Assembly: GCA_039818185.1 (NCBI GenBank)
Contig: JBCBUI010000016.1
Span: 2,158 to 66,157, forward strand
DNA: 64,000 bases
From: Pseudomonadota bacterium
GTDB taxonomy: Bacteria > Pseudomonadota > Alphaproteobacteria > Caulobacterales > Hyphomonadaceae
Reading direction: 5' to 3'
Made by a program: the position numbers and the translations under genes. This document shows, piece after piece, positions 18,270-27,082 of the stretch (within the stretch, counting starts at the first letter, position 1; every line of letters starts with the position of its first letter). The notes beneath the pieces are model-generated. The model was not told the origin of the DNA. It searched no databases and worked only from the letters and a program-made list of their open reading frames with translations.

Positions 18270-19201
18270 TCTGCTGGCGCAGTCGTTCTATGCCAGGATC
18301 GAAATGTATCTTCGGCCCTCGGCTCTGCACTGCCAATCAGACTTGCGCTGGTACTACCCCAAGTGGCCCCGTGCTGCGCCGCTTCGACCAAGTCTGCACC
18401 TGCAATCAAAGCGTCTAAGACGCCAGCCGCAAATGCGTCCCCGGCGCCCGTTGCATCGATCTGTTTAACCGAGGGGCTCACAAAAGCGATCCGCCTTTGC
18501 TCTGTAATTACTTCACCCCCTGTTTTGCCATTTGTGATGATCAACCCTTTCAATCGACCTCCACAGGCTTTGGCGGCATGAGCGAATGGGTGATCGAGGA
18601 GCTGTGCGGTGACCAAATCGTCTCGCGATCCGATCAACACATCCGCCGGAATGATTGAGGTCTGAGCGCCCTGTGGCCAGTGCGCGACCGTTGAGACTTG
18701 GTGCAAGTGTGCAAGCTGTTCAAAGCCATGAAACAAGGATCGAAGGATCATTCCGTCTGGGTTGAAACTCTTGATTTTACTGAGATCGATTCTGGCGGTC
18801 TGTTGTTTCAAGACCCGACGCAAGGTTCGGTCGAGGTTTGGATCGCCGTGCTGAAACAGAATGGTCCTTTCGCCGTCAGGCTCAATCAAGATGATTGTTT
18901 CACCCCCAACAGGCTCCATCGCGTGCAGGAAACTCACATCAATCCCAAGATCGATCAGTCTGTTCTTGATGTCTTGGCCAACCTCATCGGTGCGCAGCGC
19001 ACTCCACACCGCGACTTGATGGCCTGCATTGACCAGGCACGCCGCGCCGTTTGATGCGGCGCCGCCGAGCCGTCCTTCGGGAAGGTTTGAGGTATGATCT
19101 GAACCGGAAAAACCAAGCAGACGCGCCCCGCTGGAGAGAGGTTGATCGAGCCAAATCGGGCGATCCCAACCGATGCTGCCAAAGATCAAAAAACGAGACA
19201 T
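18266..19201 (-). CDS. PfkB-family (ribokinase-like) sugar kinase
   Basis: ORF 18266-19228; probable start at MSRFLIFGSIG (ATG 19201, with GGAG ~10 nt upstream). C-terminal PfkB signature DATGAGDAFAAG. Confidence 0.8.
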   Translation of the reverse strand: MSRFLIFGSIGWDRPIWLDQPLSSGARLLGFSGSDHTSNLPEGRLGGAASNGAACLVNAGHQVAVWSALRTDEVGQDIKNRLIDLGIDVSFLHAMEPVGGETIILIEPDGERTILFQHGDPNLDRTLRRVLKQQTARIDLSKIKSFNPDGMILRSLFHGFEQLAHLHQVSTVAHWPQGAQTSIIPADVLIGSRDDLVTAQLLDHPFAHAAKACGGRLKGLIITNGKTGGEVITEQRRIAFVSPSVKQIDATGAGDAFAAGVLDALIAGADLVEAAQHGATWGSTSASLIGSAEPRAEDTFRSWHRTTAPAD

Positions 19202-19274
19202 AAAATAGTTCTCCATCCCTCTTGCCAAGCCGATGCAATCTGGTTTTTAAGTCCCTTTAAGAGAGGCGCAATTT

Positions 19275-20168
19275 TTGACAAATCTCGAATTTGTACGCCG
19301 CCAGCTCTCGGCGAAAATACCCGACGATCGCAACATTCGTGCGTCACTCTTGCTTTTGTGTGGAATTTCTATCGCTAGCGGAATGGCGGTGTGTATCCGC
19401 TTCTTGGGAGACGATTTTTCGCCCTTCCAGATCGTGTTTGTTCGATCCTGCGTGATGCTCTCAGTCTTGTTGCCGCTTTTATTGCGTACGGGCCTGTCAA
19501 TCTTGCACACGGATCGCCCTTGGATGATCCTCACGCGCGCAGTGTCAGGGTTCACCGGGCAAATATTTGGCGTGATCGCAATCATCAATTTACCGCTCGC
19601 GGAAGTCCAGGCTTTGAGTTTTTCCCGCGCCTTCATGGTTGCGCTCTTGAGCCTCATATTCCTGAACGAGATCATCACTCGGCTGCGTTGGTTTGCGATT
19701 TTCTTGGGCTTTGTCGGGGTCGTGATCATTGCCAACCCGCAATCAGGCTTGAACGTGTTTGCCCTTTTTGCTTTGGCCAGCGCGTTTTGCTTCTCGATCA
19801 ATACAATCCTGATCAAGATCTTGCTCGCGACCCATTCCAGACAAACCTTGATGACGCACGCAGCGCTGTTCCAATTTCTTTTTGCCAGCATCCCAACTTT
19901 CTTCGTTTTCAAAATGCCGCAAAGCGGGGATTGGATCTGGTTTGTCTTGATGGGGGTGATTGCCCTGTGCGTTCAGCCGCTAAATCTCGCGGCCTACCGA
20001 ATAGGAGAGGTTAGTCGCCTGGCGCCGGTCGAATTTACGCGATTGATCACTGCAACGCTGGCCGGATTTCTGGTTTTCCAGGAAGTGCCGAGCTATTTAT
20101 TCTGGATTGGCGCCGTCATGATCGTCGGTGCTAATCTGTTGGTGATGAACCAGAAGGCGCCGCGCTAA
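19275..20168 (+). CDS. DMT superfamily (EamA-like) transporter
   Basis: 297 aa with ~10 hydrophobic segments in two similar halves, typical of EamA. Confidence 0.7.
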   Translation: MTNLEFVRRQLSAKIPDDRNIRASLLLLCGISIASGMAVCIRFLGDDFSPFQIVFVRSCVMLSVLLPLLLRTGLSILHTDRPWMILTRAVSGFTGQIFGVIAIINLPLAEVQALSFSRAFMVALLSLIFLNEIITRLRWFAIFLGFVGVVIIANPQSGLNVFALFALASAFCFSINTILIKILLATHSRQTLMTHAALFQFLFASIPTFFVFKMPQSGDWIWFVLMGVIALCVQPLNLAAYRIGEVSRLAPVEFTRLITATLAGFLVFQEVPSYLFWIGAVMIVGANLLVMNQKAPR

Positions 20169-20198
20169 GGTCCCGTATCTGAACAACAAATCTACTGA

Positions 20199-20216
20199 CC
20201 GTCACATTTCTTTGAC
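20199..20216 (+). promoter_or_regulatory. Weak candidate PhoB box upstream of phnC
   Basis: CCGTCAC-ATTT-CTTTGAC matches the E. coli-type box CTGTCAT-N4-CTGTCAT at 9/14 positions. Lies ~65 nt upstream of the likely phnC start. Confidence 0.2.
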
Positions 20217-20279
20217 TAAAATCCACAGGCAGAATGTGGTTTATTGGGCGTAGAAATCAGATGCGAGGAGTGCTTCAAG

Positions 20280-21086
20280 TTGCTCGAAATTGCTTCGCTT
20301 TCAAAGCGTTTTGGCGCCGTCAACGCCCTCGATGACGTCTCCCTGAATATCGAATCTGGCGAAATGGTCGCCGTGATAGGGCGCTCCGGCGCGGGCAAAT
20401 CGACACTGTTGCGATGTATCAATATGTTAGAGACGCCGACATCAGGAATGATCCGGTGCAATGATCAAGCGGTGTCACAGCTAAAGGGCAAGAAGCTCAA
20501 TGAGTGGCGCGCCAAATGCGCGATGATTTTTCAGCAATTTCAATTGGTGCCGCGTCTCGATGTGCTGACCAATGTTATGGTTGGTGCGCTTTGCGGCCGC
20601 CCTCTTTGGGCCTCTATGGTGAAACATTTTCCGGCGGATTATCGCGCGCGTGCGATTATTGAACTGAACAAGCTGGGGATGACCGAACAAGCCTTGCAGA
20701 GGGCCGGCACGCTCTCGGGCGGGCAACAACAGCGGGTCGCGATCTCACGCGCCATGATGCAAGATCCAGAGGTCTTGCTGGCTGACGAACCCGTGGCGTC
20801 TCTTGATCCTCGAAACACGCATGCGGTGATGTCGACACTGTCCGAAATCAATTCGGATCGCGGGATCACAGTCCTCGTCAACTTGCATTCCATCGACATC
20901 GCCAAACAATATTGCGACCGAGTCATTGGCCTCCGCGATGGAAGTTTGGTGTTTGATGCGCCCGTCAATGAACTGACCGACAGCGCCCTGCACACGATTT
21001 ATGACGGCGAAGACATTGAAGAAGCGCTTGCGCCGGTACCGCCAACGGATGAGTTCTCTCCGTCAGAAATGGGAAGCGCGGCATAA
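20280..21086 (+). CDS. phnC: Phosphonate ABC transporter ATP-binding protein
   Basis: The ORF opens at 20244. The TTG at 20280 follows a GAGGAG and gives a typical (M)[11 protein letters not shown] start. Walker [14 protein letters not shown], signature [14 protein letters not shown], Walker [12 protein letters not shown]. Confidence 0.85.
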   Translation: MLEIASLSKRFGAVNALDDVSLNIESGEMVAVIGRSGAGKSTLLRCINMLETPTSGMIRCNDQAVSQLKGKKLNEWRAKCAMIFQQFQLVPRLDVLTNVMVGALCGRPLWASMVKHFPADYRARAIIELNKLGMTEQALQRAGTLSGGQQQRVAISRAMMQDPEVLLADEPVASLDPRNTHAVMSTLSEINSDRGITVLVNLHSIDIAKQYCDRVIGLRDGSLVFDAPVNELTDSALHTIYDGEDIEEALAPVPPTDEFSPSEMGSAA

Positions 21087-21784
21087 TGGGTTTGCTTGCG
21101 GATTATCCGCTTGAGCCCGGATACGAATATTTCACCGAAAAACGCGTCCCTGCAGACGACCCCGCTGCAAAAGGTCACCTACCTGGTGGGGCGCCTTACA
21201 TCGCGCCCGGCGGCGGCGTGAGAGACAGCGTGCTTGGGCCCTGGTCACGAGTTGGCGCGCGCACGATGCTGAGCGAAACCGTGTTCGGCGCGTATAGCTA
21301 TATCGTCAATGACAGTTCCATTGCGTATGCGCGGGTTGGTAAGTTCTGTTCAATCGCTCGACAAACTCGGATCAATCCTGGCAACCATCCAACCTGGCGC
21401 GCCGCGCAACATCACTTCTCATATCGTGCTGTGTCCTACGAGCTAGGAGAGGAAGACGATTACGACTTCTTTCAATGGCGCCGGGATCATCAGGTCGATA
21501 TCGGTCATGATGTCTGGGTTGGACATGGCGCCACGATTTTGCCGGGCGTGAAAGTTGGTACTGGCGCTGTGGTTGGGGCGGGCGCCGTCGTGTCCAAGGA
21601 CGTGCCGCCCTTCACGATTGTCGGCGGCGTCCCGGCCAAACCCATTCGAGAACGATTTCCCACGAAAGTGCAGCAGGGATTGCTGGACTTGGCCTGGTGG
21701 GATTGGGCGCATGATAAACTCGCTGTCGCGCTCGCCGATTTTCGCGAACTTGATGCGGAAGCGTTTGTGGAAAAATACAAATAG
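21086..21784 (+). CDS. Left-handed beta-helix (hexapeptide-repeat) acyltransferase of the type associated with phosphonate operons
   Basis: 232 aa with hexapeptide repeats ([49 protein letters not shown]). Start overlaps the phnC stop. I recall a phn-linked hexapeptide transferase family (TIGR03308-type); not verified. Confidence 0.75.
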   Translation: MGLLADYPLEPGYEYFTEKRVPADDPAAKGHLPGGAPYIAPGGGVRDSVLGPWSRVGARTMLSETVFGAYSYIVNDSSIAYARVGKFCSIARQTRINPGNHPTWRAAQHHFSYRAVSYELGEEDDYDFFQWRRDHQVDIGHDVWVGHGATILPGVKVGTGAVVGAGAVVSKDVPPFTIVGGVPAKPIRERFPTKVQQGLLDLAWWDWAHDKLAVALADFRELDAEAFVEKYK

Positions 21785-21791
21785 GACGCGC

Positions 21792-22778
21792 ATGTCAGGC
21801 ACATTTATATTTGTGGTCGGACCATCTGGTGTCGGCAAAGACACGTTACTGGATGGCGCGAAAACCTTACTCGATGGCGACACGCGGTTCCATTTTCTAA
21901 GGCGTGATATCACGCGCGATGCGTCAGCGGGCGGTGAGGATCATAATCCGGTGTCAGTGACAGACTTCGAAACCCGTTTGAGCCATGGCGCTTATGCCCT
22001 GAATTGGGGGGCGCACGATTTGCGTTATGGCTTGCCACAAACGGAGCTCAGCGCTCTGTCGGAAGGGACGTCTGTCATTGCCAATGGATCGAGATCAGTC
22101 ATTGATACTGCCCGCAACCGATTTGATCGGTTCGCGGTTGTATCTATCACAGCGAATGAAGATCTCCTTCGACAACGTTTGCGGCAGCGCGGACGGGAGT
22201 CAGACGCTGACATTGAGAAGCGCATCGCGCGGGCAGGGGCGTTTCAAGTGACGGGTGACGATGTCTATACGATTTCCAATGATGGCAGTGTCGAAGATGG
22301 TGTTGCCAAATTCGTGGAGTGCCTCGCGCAACTCGATGGGCGCTTGTTTCGGAAACGGACGCGCCAAGGCATTGCTCGCCCCAGGCCAGGCGCGTACCTG
22401 ATCGCCCGTCGCGGAGATGAGATTCTTTTTGCGCTGACCGATGAATACAATTTGCCCGGCGGCGGCATCGAAGCAGGCGAGACGGCCGTGCAGGCCCTGG
22501 AGCGCGAAGTGATGGAAGAAACCGGATACCGGCTGTCTCCACCCGCGATCCACCTTTGTGATGCCAGCTGTTACAATATGGAAAAGTCGGGGGAGTCCTG
22601 GCACAAGCTGCACCGTTTCTTTGTCGCTGATGTAGAACACTTCACTAAACCAACAGAACCAGACCATAAGCCCGTTTGGGTCAATGCGTCTTCGATATGG
22701 AACCGGCTTGGGCCCGAAATCCAGTACGCGCTCAAACAGGCTGGTCTGCAAGTGCCGGAAATGATGCGCGCTCAATAA
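21792..22778 (+). CDS. phnN: Ribose 1,5-bisphosphokinase PhnN fused to a C-terminal Nudix hydrolase domain
   Basis: The ORF opens at 21555, but the ATG at 21792 (8 nt after the upstream stop) gives MSGTFIFVVGPSGVGKDTLL, the PhnN/guanylate-kinase-like P-loop. The C-terminal ~135 aa carry a complete Nudix box GGGIEAGETAVQALEREVMEETGY (about nt 22458-22530). Confidence 0.8.
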   Translation: MSGTFIFVVGPSGVGKDTLLDGAKTLLDGDTRFHFLRRDITRDASAGGEDHNPVSVTDFETRLSHGAYALNWGAHDLRYGLPQTELSALSEGTSVIANGSRSVIDTARNRFDRFAVVSITANEDLLRQRLRQRGRESDADIEKRIARAGAFQVTGDDVYTISNDGSVEDGVAKFVECLAQLDGRLFRKRTRQGIARPRPGAYLIARRGDEILFALTDEYNLPGGGIEAGETAVQALEREVMEETGYRLSPPAIHLCDASCYNMEKSGESWHKLHRFFVADVEHFTKPTEPDHKPVWVNASSIWNRLGPEIQYALKQAGLQVPEMMRAQ

Positions 22779-23448
22779 TATTGAAGGGCGCGCAGCGATC
22801 GACCTGCCGATAGACCGCAATGCCGTCGATGCGAAGTGGTGAGATAAGGGCAGGTTGAAACAGACCCTGCAAGAGGTTCATCACCCGGTCGCGCGTGCTG
22901 TCCGAAACGATGCGGCTGGACAGGGTCATGTGCCAACGGAAGTCTTCGAAGATGTAAGGATATCCCCACTCCAGCATGCGGGCGTCTTGTTCCGGTGATA
23001 GATTGGCTTTGCGGCGGCGTTCTATATCGTCATAGGACAGCGCTGCGCGGAAGCCGTCAAAGCCCTTGACGCAGTCTTGGTGCAGCGTGCGCATGGCCTC
23101 AAAACTCTCAGTCAGTCGAAGCGCGATAAATTGCCCGAGCGGGCGGACGGCGAGACGAACATCAAACGCAGGCTGTTGCTGCGCAAACGTATGAAGGCGC
23201 TTGATGAGTTGCGCTTCCGTCCGACCTTCGCGAAGTTCGAATGGGGCTTTCATTGTGGCATGAAATCCGTAATGCGAAGGTGAACTGGTCAAGCGATCAA
23301 TATCGTCGTCGCTCATCCCAGAAAATTCGCGGCGCCGAACTTTGTCTCCGGTAAAAGCGTTGCGCCCAAGCCATTCATTGCCCAACAGACAAACCGGGTG
23401 GTCCTCGGCAGGGGTGTAATAAATGGCGTATCGAGCAGAAGCTGTCAT
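22732..23448 (-). CDS. DUF1045-type phosphonate-operon protein, 2H phosphoesterase fold
   Basis: 238 aa with two H-x-T motifs ~95 aa apart (YGFHATMKAPF and RWHMTLSS), characteristic of 2H cyclic phosphodiesterases. Start overlaps the phnM stop. 3' end overlaps the convergent phnN-nudix gene by 47 nt. Confidence 0.75.
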   Translation of the reverse strand: MTASARYAIYYTPAEDHPVCLLGNEWLGRNAFTGDKVRRREFSGMSDDDIDRLTSSPSHYGFHATMKAPFELREGRTEAQLIKRLHTFAQQQPAFDVRLAVRPLGQFIALRLTESFEAMRTLHQDCVKGFDGFRAALSYDDIERRRKANLSPEQDARMLEWGYPYIFEDFRWHMTLSSRIVSDSTRDRVMNLLQGLFQPALISPLRIDGIAVYRQVDRCAPFNIIERASFPALADQPV

Positions 23449-24587
23449 GCGGCGCGGCGTCCTTTAGACCAGACTTCCTTGATTACGGGCCAGTGTCTAG
23501 GCTGATAGCTGACACGAACGAAATCTGCGCGTTTGCCCACTTCGAGCGTGCCTCGATCACTTAGCATCGCCATTTTCGCAGGCTCTGCTGTAACTGTGCC
23601 AATGGCTTTCTCCATCGGCCAGGAAAAGGGCGCTTCGGTCAGCATGAAGGCCGCGCGGATCATGGAGAGGGGGACATAATCGGAGCAGAGGGCATCCAGC
23701 TTTCCCTCTTCAGCCACTTTCCGGGCGGAGGCATTATCTCCGTGTGAGCGCCCACGCACGAAATTCGGGCCGCCCATGACTGTGACCATATTGTGCGCTT
23801 TGGCAGCATCGGCCGCTTCATATGAAACTGGAAATTCAGCGATATGGCATCCGAGTCCGACCGCGGTCTCGATATGGTCCGCTGTGGCATCATCATGGCT
23901 CGCGACCGGGATATCATGATCACGGCCAAACTCTGCGATCATTCGGCGACGTGCATCGGCGCCGTCTAAATCGCGCCAGGACATGGAGGCTTGAAGGTTG
24001 GCTTCAATTTCTTCCATTGTGCGCCCGCGCTTGAGCATTTTCTGCTTCCAGGCATCGAGGCTACCAGACTGCCGATTGCCGCCTGGCGTGTGGTCCATGA
24101 CCGAGAGCATCTTCAGACGGTCGGTGCCGAGATAAGGCGTGACCAGATCTTCGATTTCCGGATTGGTCACCTCGCACCGCAAGTGCAACAAGTGATCGAT
24201 GCGAAGGGCACCCGCATTTTCAGCTTGGTCCATGCCACCCATCATGATGGTCAGCGCCTCGCCGCGATCCAGGCCATTCTTCATCCCGCTCAGTGAAAGG
24301 CTGTCGAACACTGTGGTAACACCAGCCGTCGCCATTTGACCGTCATGCGCAACGGCGGCGCCAGCGGAGTCCCACTGCGCGCCAGGCCTGGGCATCAAGT
24401 GCTTTTCCAGATTGTCCGTGTGAATATCTATCAGGCCAGGAATAATGAAATCGCCTTCAGCATCCGTGGCGGAGGCAGCACTGCCGTTTGCGATCGAGGC
24501 AATCGTCTCACCTTCAAACGTCATTGCGCCTTCGACCACGCCACCCGGCGTTACGATGCGGGCGTTTTCTATCGCTTGTTTTGACAT
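23445..24587 (-). CDS. phnM: Alpha-D-ribose 1-methylphosphonate 5-triphosphate diphosphatase
   Basis: 380 aa amidohydrolase with PGLIDIHTDNLEKH and SHDD motifs, in the phnL-phnM position of the C-P lyase operon. Confidence 0.9.
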   Translation of the reverse strand: MSKQAIENARIVTPGGVVEGAMTFEGETIASIANGSAASATDAEGDFIIPGLIDIHTDNLEKHLMPRPGAQWDSAGAAVAHDGQMATAGVTTVFDSLSLSGMKNGLDRGEALTIMMGGMDQAENAGALRIDHLLHLRCEVTNPEIEDLVTPYLGTDRLKMLSVMDHTPGGNRQSGSLDAWKQKMLKRGRTMEEIEANLQASMSWRDLDGADARRRMIAEFGRDHDIPVASHDDATADHIETAVGLGCHIAEFPVSYEAADAAKAHNMVTVMGGPNFVRGRSHGDNASARKVAEEGKLDALCSDYVPLSMIRAAFMLTEAPFSWPMEKAIGTVTAEPAKMAMLSDRGTLEVGKRADFVRVSYQPRHWPVIKEVWSKGRRAA

Positions 24588-24588
24588 C

Positions 24589-25299
24589 TTAAGCAGGTTC
24601 TTTCACGGCGAATTTTGACACTTCAAAGAACCGAGTGGCAACCGCCTCGCGAACCGCTTCGTCATGGAAAATTCCGATCAAAGCCGCGCCATCGGCCAGG
24701 GCGCGTTGAATCAGTTTTATAACCCGTTCGCGGTTTGCCGCGTCTAGGGATGCGGTCGGCTCATCCAGCAGCATGATCGGAAAATCAAGGACAAAGGATC
24801 TCGCAATATTGACCCGTTGCTGCTCTCCACCCGAGAATGTTGCTGGCGGCAGATCCCAATGCGCTTTGGGCAATTGCAGCATGTCGAGAATGAATTTCGA
24901 ACGATCCTCCGCCTCTTTGGCGTCTACGCCATTGTCCAATAGCGGCTGCATAACCAGGTCGAGCGTTGAGATTCGCGGGATCACGCGCAAGAACTGACTG
25001 ACATAGCCGAGCGTCCGCCGTCTGATGTCGAGCAGCTGAAAGGGTGGGGCGCGCGTGATGTCGACCATCTCTCCTTCATGGAAGACACGCACGGCGCCGC
25101 CGGTTGGCAGGTAATTTCCATAAATGGAGCGCATGAGCGTCGATTTGCCAACGCCCGAAACGCCGGCCAGGACGACACATTCGCCACTATTCACGGACAG
25201 GTGTAGGTTCTCAAACACTGGGATTTGCGCAGCATCCGCATTGTGCAGAACGAAGTGCTTTTCCAGGTTCTCAATTTCGATATAGGTTTGGCCAGACAT
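24589..25299 (-). CDS. phnL: C-P lyase system ATP-binding protein PhnL
   Basis: 236 aa with Walker A GVSGVGKSTLMRS, signature FSGGEQQRVNIARS, Walker B MLLDEPTASLD. Operon position after phnK. Confidence 0.9.
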   Translation of the reverse strand: MSGQTYIEIENLEKHFVLHNADAAQIPVFENLHLSVNSGECVVLAGVSGVGKSTLMRSIYGNYLPTGGAVRVFHEGEMVDITRAPPFQLLDIRRRTLGYVSQFLRVIPRISTLDLVMQPLLDNGVDAKEAEDRSKFILDMLQLPKAHWDLPPATFSGGEQQRVNIARSFVLDFPIMLLDEPTASLDAANRERVIKLIQRALADGAALIGIFHDEAVREAVATRFFEVSKFAVKEPA

Positions 25300-25322
25300 T
25301 TCTGTTTGTCCCCTTAAATTCG

Positions 25323-26138
25323 CTAGATTTGCAGCACGGCTGATACGAGCAGTTGCGTGTAAGCATGTTGCGGATCGTCAAGGACTTGGTCGGTTAAACC
25401 AGTCTCGACCACGAAGCCTTCTTTCATCACCATCAAGCGGTCAGCGAGCAATCGGGCGACTGCGAGGTCGTGGGTCACCACGATCACTGCCAGTTGTGAA
25501 CGACGCACGAGGTGACGCATCAAGTCCAGGAGCCGGGCTTGAACCGATACGTCGAGGCCACCCGTTGGCTCGTCCATAAAGACCAGGCGTGGGCTGTGCA
25601 CCAGGTTGCGGGCAATCTGAATCCGTTGCTGCATACCGCCAGAGAAGTTACGTGGATTGTCGTCAATCCGGCTTATGTCGAGCTCGACCCGGTTGAGCCA
25701 TGTGATCGTGTCTTCGCGCATATTGCCGTAATGGCGATTGCCAAGATTCATCAAAGGTTCAGCGACATTCGCACCTGCAGAGACTCGCATGCGTAATCCG
25801 TCGCGTGGATTCTGGTGCACGAAGCCGATCTCTTCGCGTTGAACGCGTCGCCGGTCTTTTTCAGATAGCCCGAACATGTCGGCGAGGCCATAAGCTTTAG
25901 TGGCAAACTCGATTGAACCAGACGTCGGCGACAGGTGTCCGGAAATGCAGTTCAACAGTGTTGATTTCCCGGAGCCCGACTCTCCGACAATACCAAGCAC
26001 TTCGCCGGGGAAAATTTCGAAGCTAACATCCTGGCAGCCCGTAATGTCGCCGTACTTTTTGGTGACATTGCTCGCGCGGAGAATCGGCGCCGTGGGGACT
26101 AAGCCGATTGGTCGATCTTTAACAGCAAGGCCGGTCAT
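25323..26138 (-). CDS. phnK: C-P lyase system ATP-binding protein PhnK
   Basis: 271 aa with Walker A GESGSGKSTLLNC, signature FSGGMQQRIQIARN, Walker B VFMDEPTGGLD. Start overlaps the phnJ stop. Confidence 0.9.
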   Translation of the reverse strand: MTGLAVKDRPIGLVPTAPILRASNVTKKYGDITGCQDVSFEIFPGEVLGIVGESGSGKSTLLNCISGHLSPTSGSIEFATKAYGLADMFGLSEKDRRRVQREEIGFVHQNPRDGLRMRVSAGANVAEPLMNLGNRHYGNMREDTITWLNRVELDISRIDDNPRNFSGGMQQRIQIARNLVHSPRLVFMDEPTGGLDVSVQARLLDLMRHLVRRSQLAVIVVTHDLAVARLLADRLMVMKEGFVVETGLTDQVLDDPQHAYTQLLVSAVLQI

Positions 26139-27082
26139 GCCATCACCTCTTGATCTTGGGATGTTTGATCCGCGATCTCTGTGAGTTCATGCCCAGCATG
26201 TGGGCCAACATGACCTTGAGCGCGTCGCTCTGCGCAATAGTCGCTGTCTGAGCAGACAAACATGCGATTGTTGGCATCATCGAGCACGACCTCATCCATG
26301 TAAGTGTGCTTGGCACCGCATAGGCCGCAAACCTCGTCCCATTTCTGGACCTCAAATGGATAGTCTTCAAAGCCCAGGCTTTCGACTTTCGTAAAAGGCG
26401 GAACCGCATAGATGCGTTTTTCGCGCCCCGCGCCGAAGAGGTGCAAAGCTGGACTATTGTGCAGTTTCGGGTTGTCGAACTTAGGAATAGGTGATGGTGA
26501 CATCACATAGCGATCATCCACCATAACCGGGTATCCCGCGGTCGCTGCGATCCGCCCGAACTTGGAAACGTTCTCGTAGAGTCGCACATATTGCAGACCG
26601 TATTCCTCATAAGCATGCATGGCGCGTGTTTCGGTTTCCCGTGCTTCCAGGCTGCGCAGCGGCTCTGGCTGCGGCACTTGGAAGACCATGATTTGGCCTT
26701 CTACGAGTGGCTTCTCAGGGATACGGTGGCGGCTTTGAATGATTGATGCATCTGCGGTGTGTTCCGTGGTCGCGACGCCGCCAACTTTTGCAAAGAAGCG
26801 CCGTATGGAAACAGCATTTGTCGTATCATCTGCACCCTGGTCGATACATTTGAACGTATCATTGGGGCCGATCAGGCTCGCTGTGATTTGAATGCCACCC
26901 GTACCCCAGCCATAGGGCACCGGCATTTCTCGCGATCCAAACGGCACCTGATAGCCCGGAACAGCGACAGCCTTCAAAATCGAGCGCCGGATCATTCGTT
27001 TCGTTTGTTCGTCGAGATAAGCGAAATTGTAATCCGCCAAGCCCGGGCCGGCATTCGCATTCAAGGTTTGCTTCTCGATCAT
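26135..27082 (-). CDS. phnJ: Carbon-phosphorus lyase catalytic subunit PhnJ (radical SAM-like)
   Basis: The ATG at 27082 forms an ATGA overlap with the phnI stop; the ORF track extends to 27118. Conserved YNFAYLDEQTKRMIRRSILKAVAVPGYQVPFGSREMPVPYGWGTGG and the C-terminal Cys cluster CGLCGA...VCSDSDYC. Confidence 0.92.
   Translation of the reverse strand: MIEKQTLNANAGPGLADYNFAYLDEQTKRMIRRSILKAVAVPGYQVPFGSREMPVPYGWGTGGIQITASLIGPNDTFKCIDQGADDTTNAVSIRRFFAKVGGVATTEHTADASIIQSRHRIPEKPLVEGQIMVFQVPQPEPLRSLEARETETRAMHAYEEYGLQYVRLYENVSKFGRIAATAGYPVMVDDRYVMSPSPIPKFDNPKLHNSPALHLFGAGREKRIYAVPPFTKVESLGFEDYPFEVQKWDEVCGLCGAKHTYMDEVVLDDANNRMFVCSDSDYCAERRAQGHVGPHAGHELTEIADQTSQDQEVMA

Noticed and set aside
19247-19912. 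221-aa minus-strand ORF overlapping the DMT transporter gene
   Set aside because: It is antisense to a gene with a coherent 10-TM pattern. The product is Lys/Arg-rich with no motif. It is a shadow ORF.
21555-21791. 79-codon N-terminal extension of the phnN ORF, giving the 407-aa version in the ORF track
   Set aside because: The extension overlaps the 3' end of the hexapeptide transferase gene in another frame. The ATG at 21792 yields the canonical PhnN N-terminus directly before the P-loop.
22200-22820. 206-aa minus-strand ORF antisense to the phnN-nudix gene
   Set aside because: The plus-strand frame carries an intact P-loop and Nudix box. The antisense product has no recognisable features.
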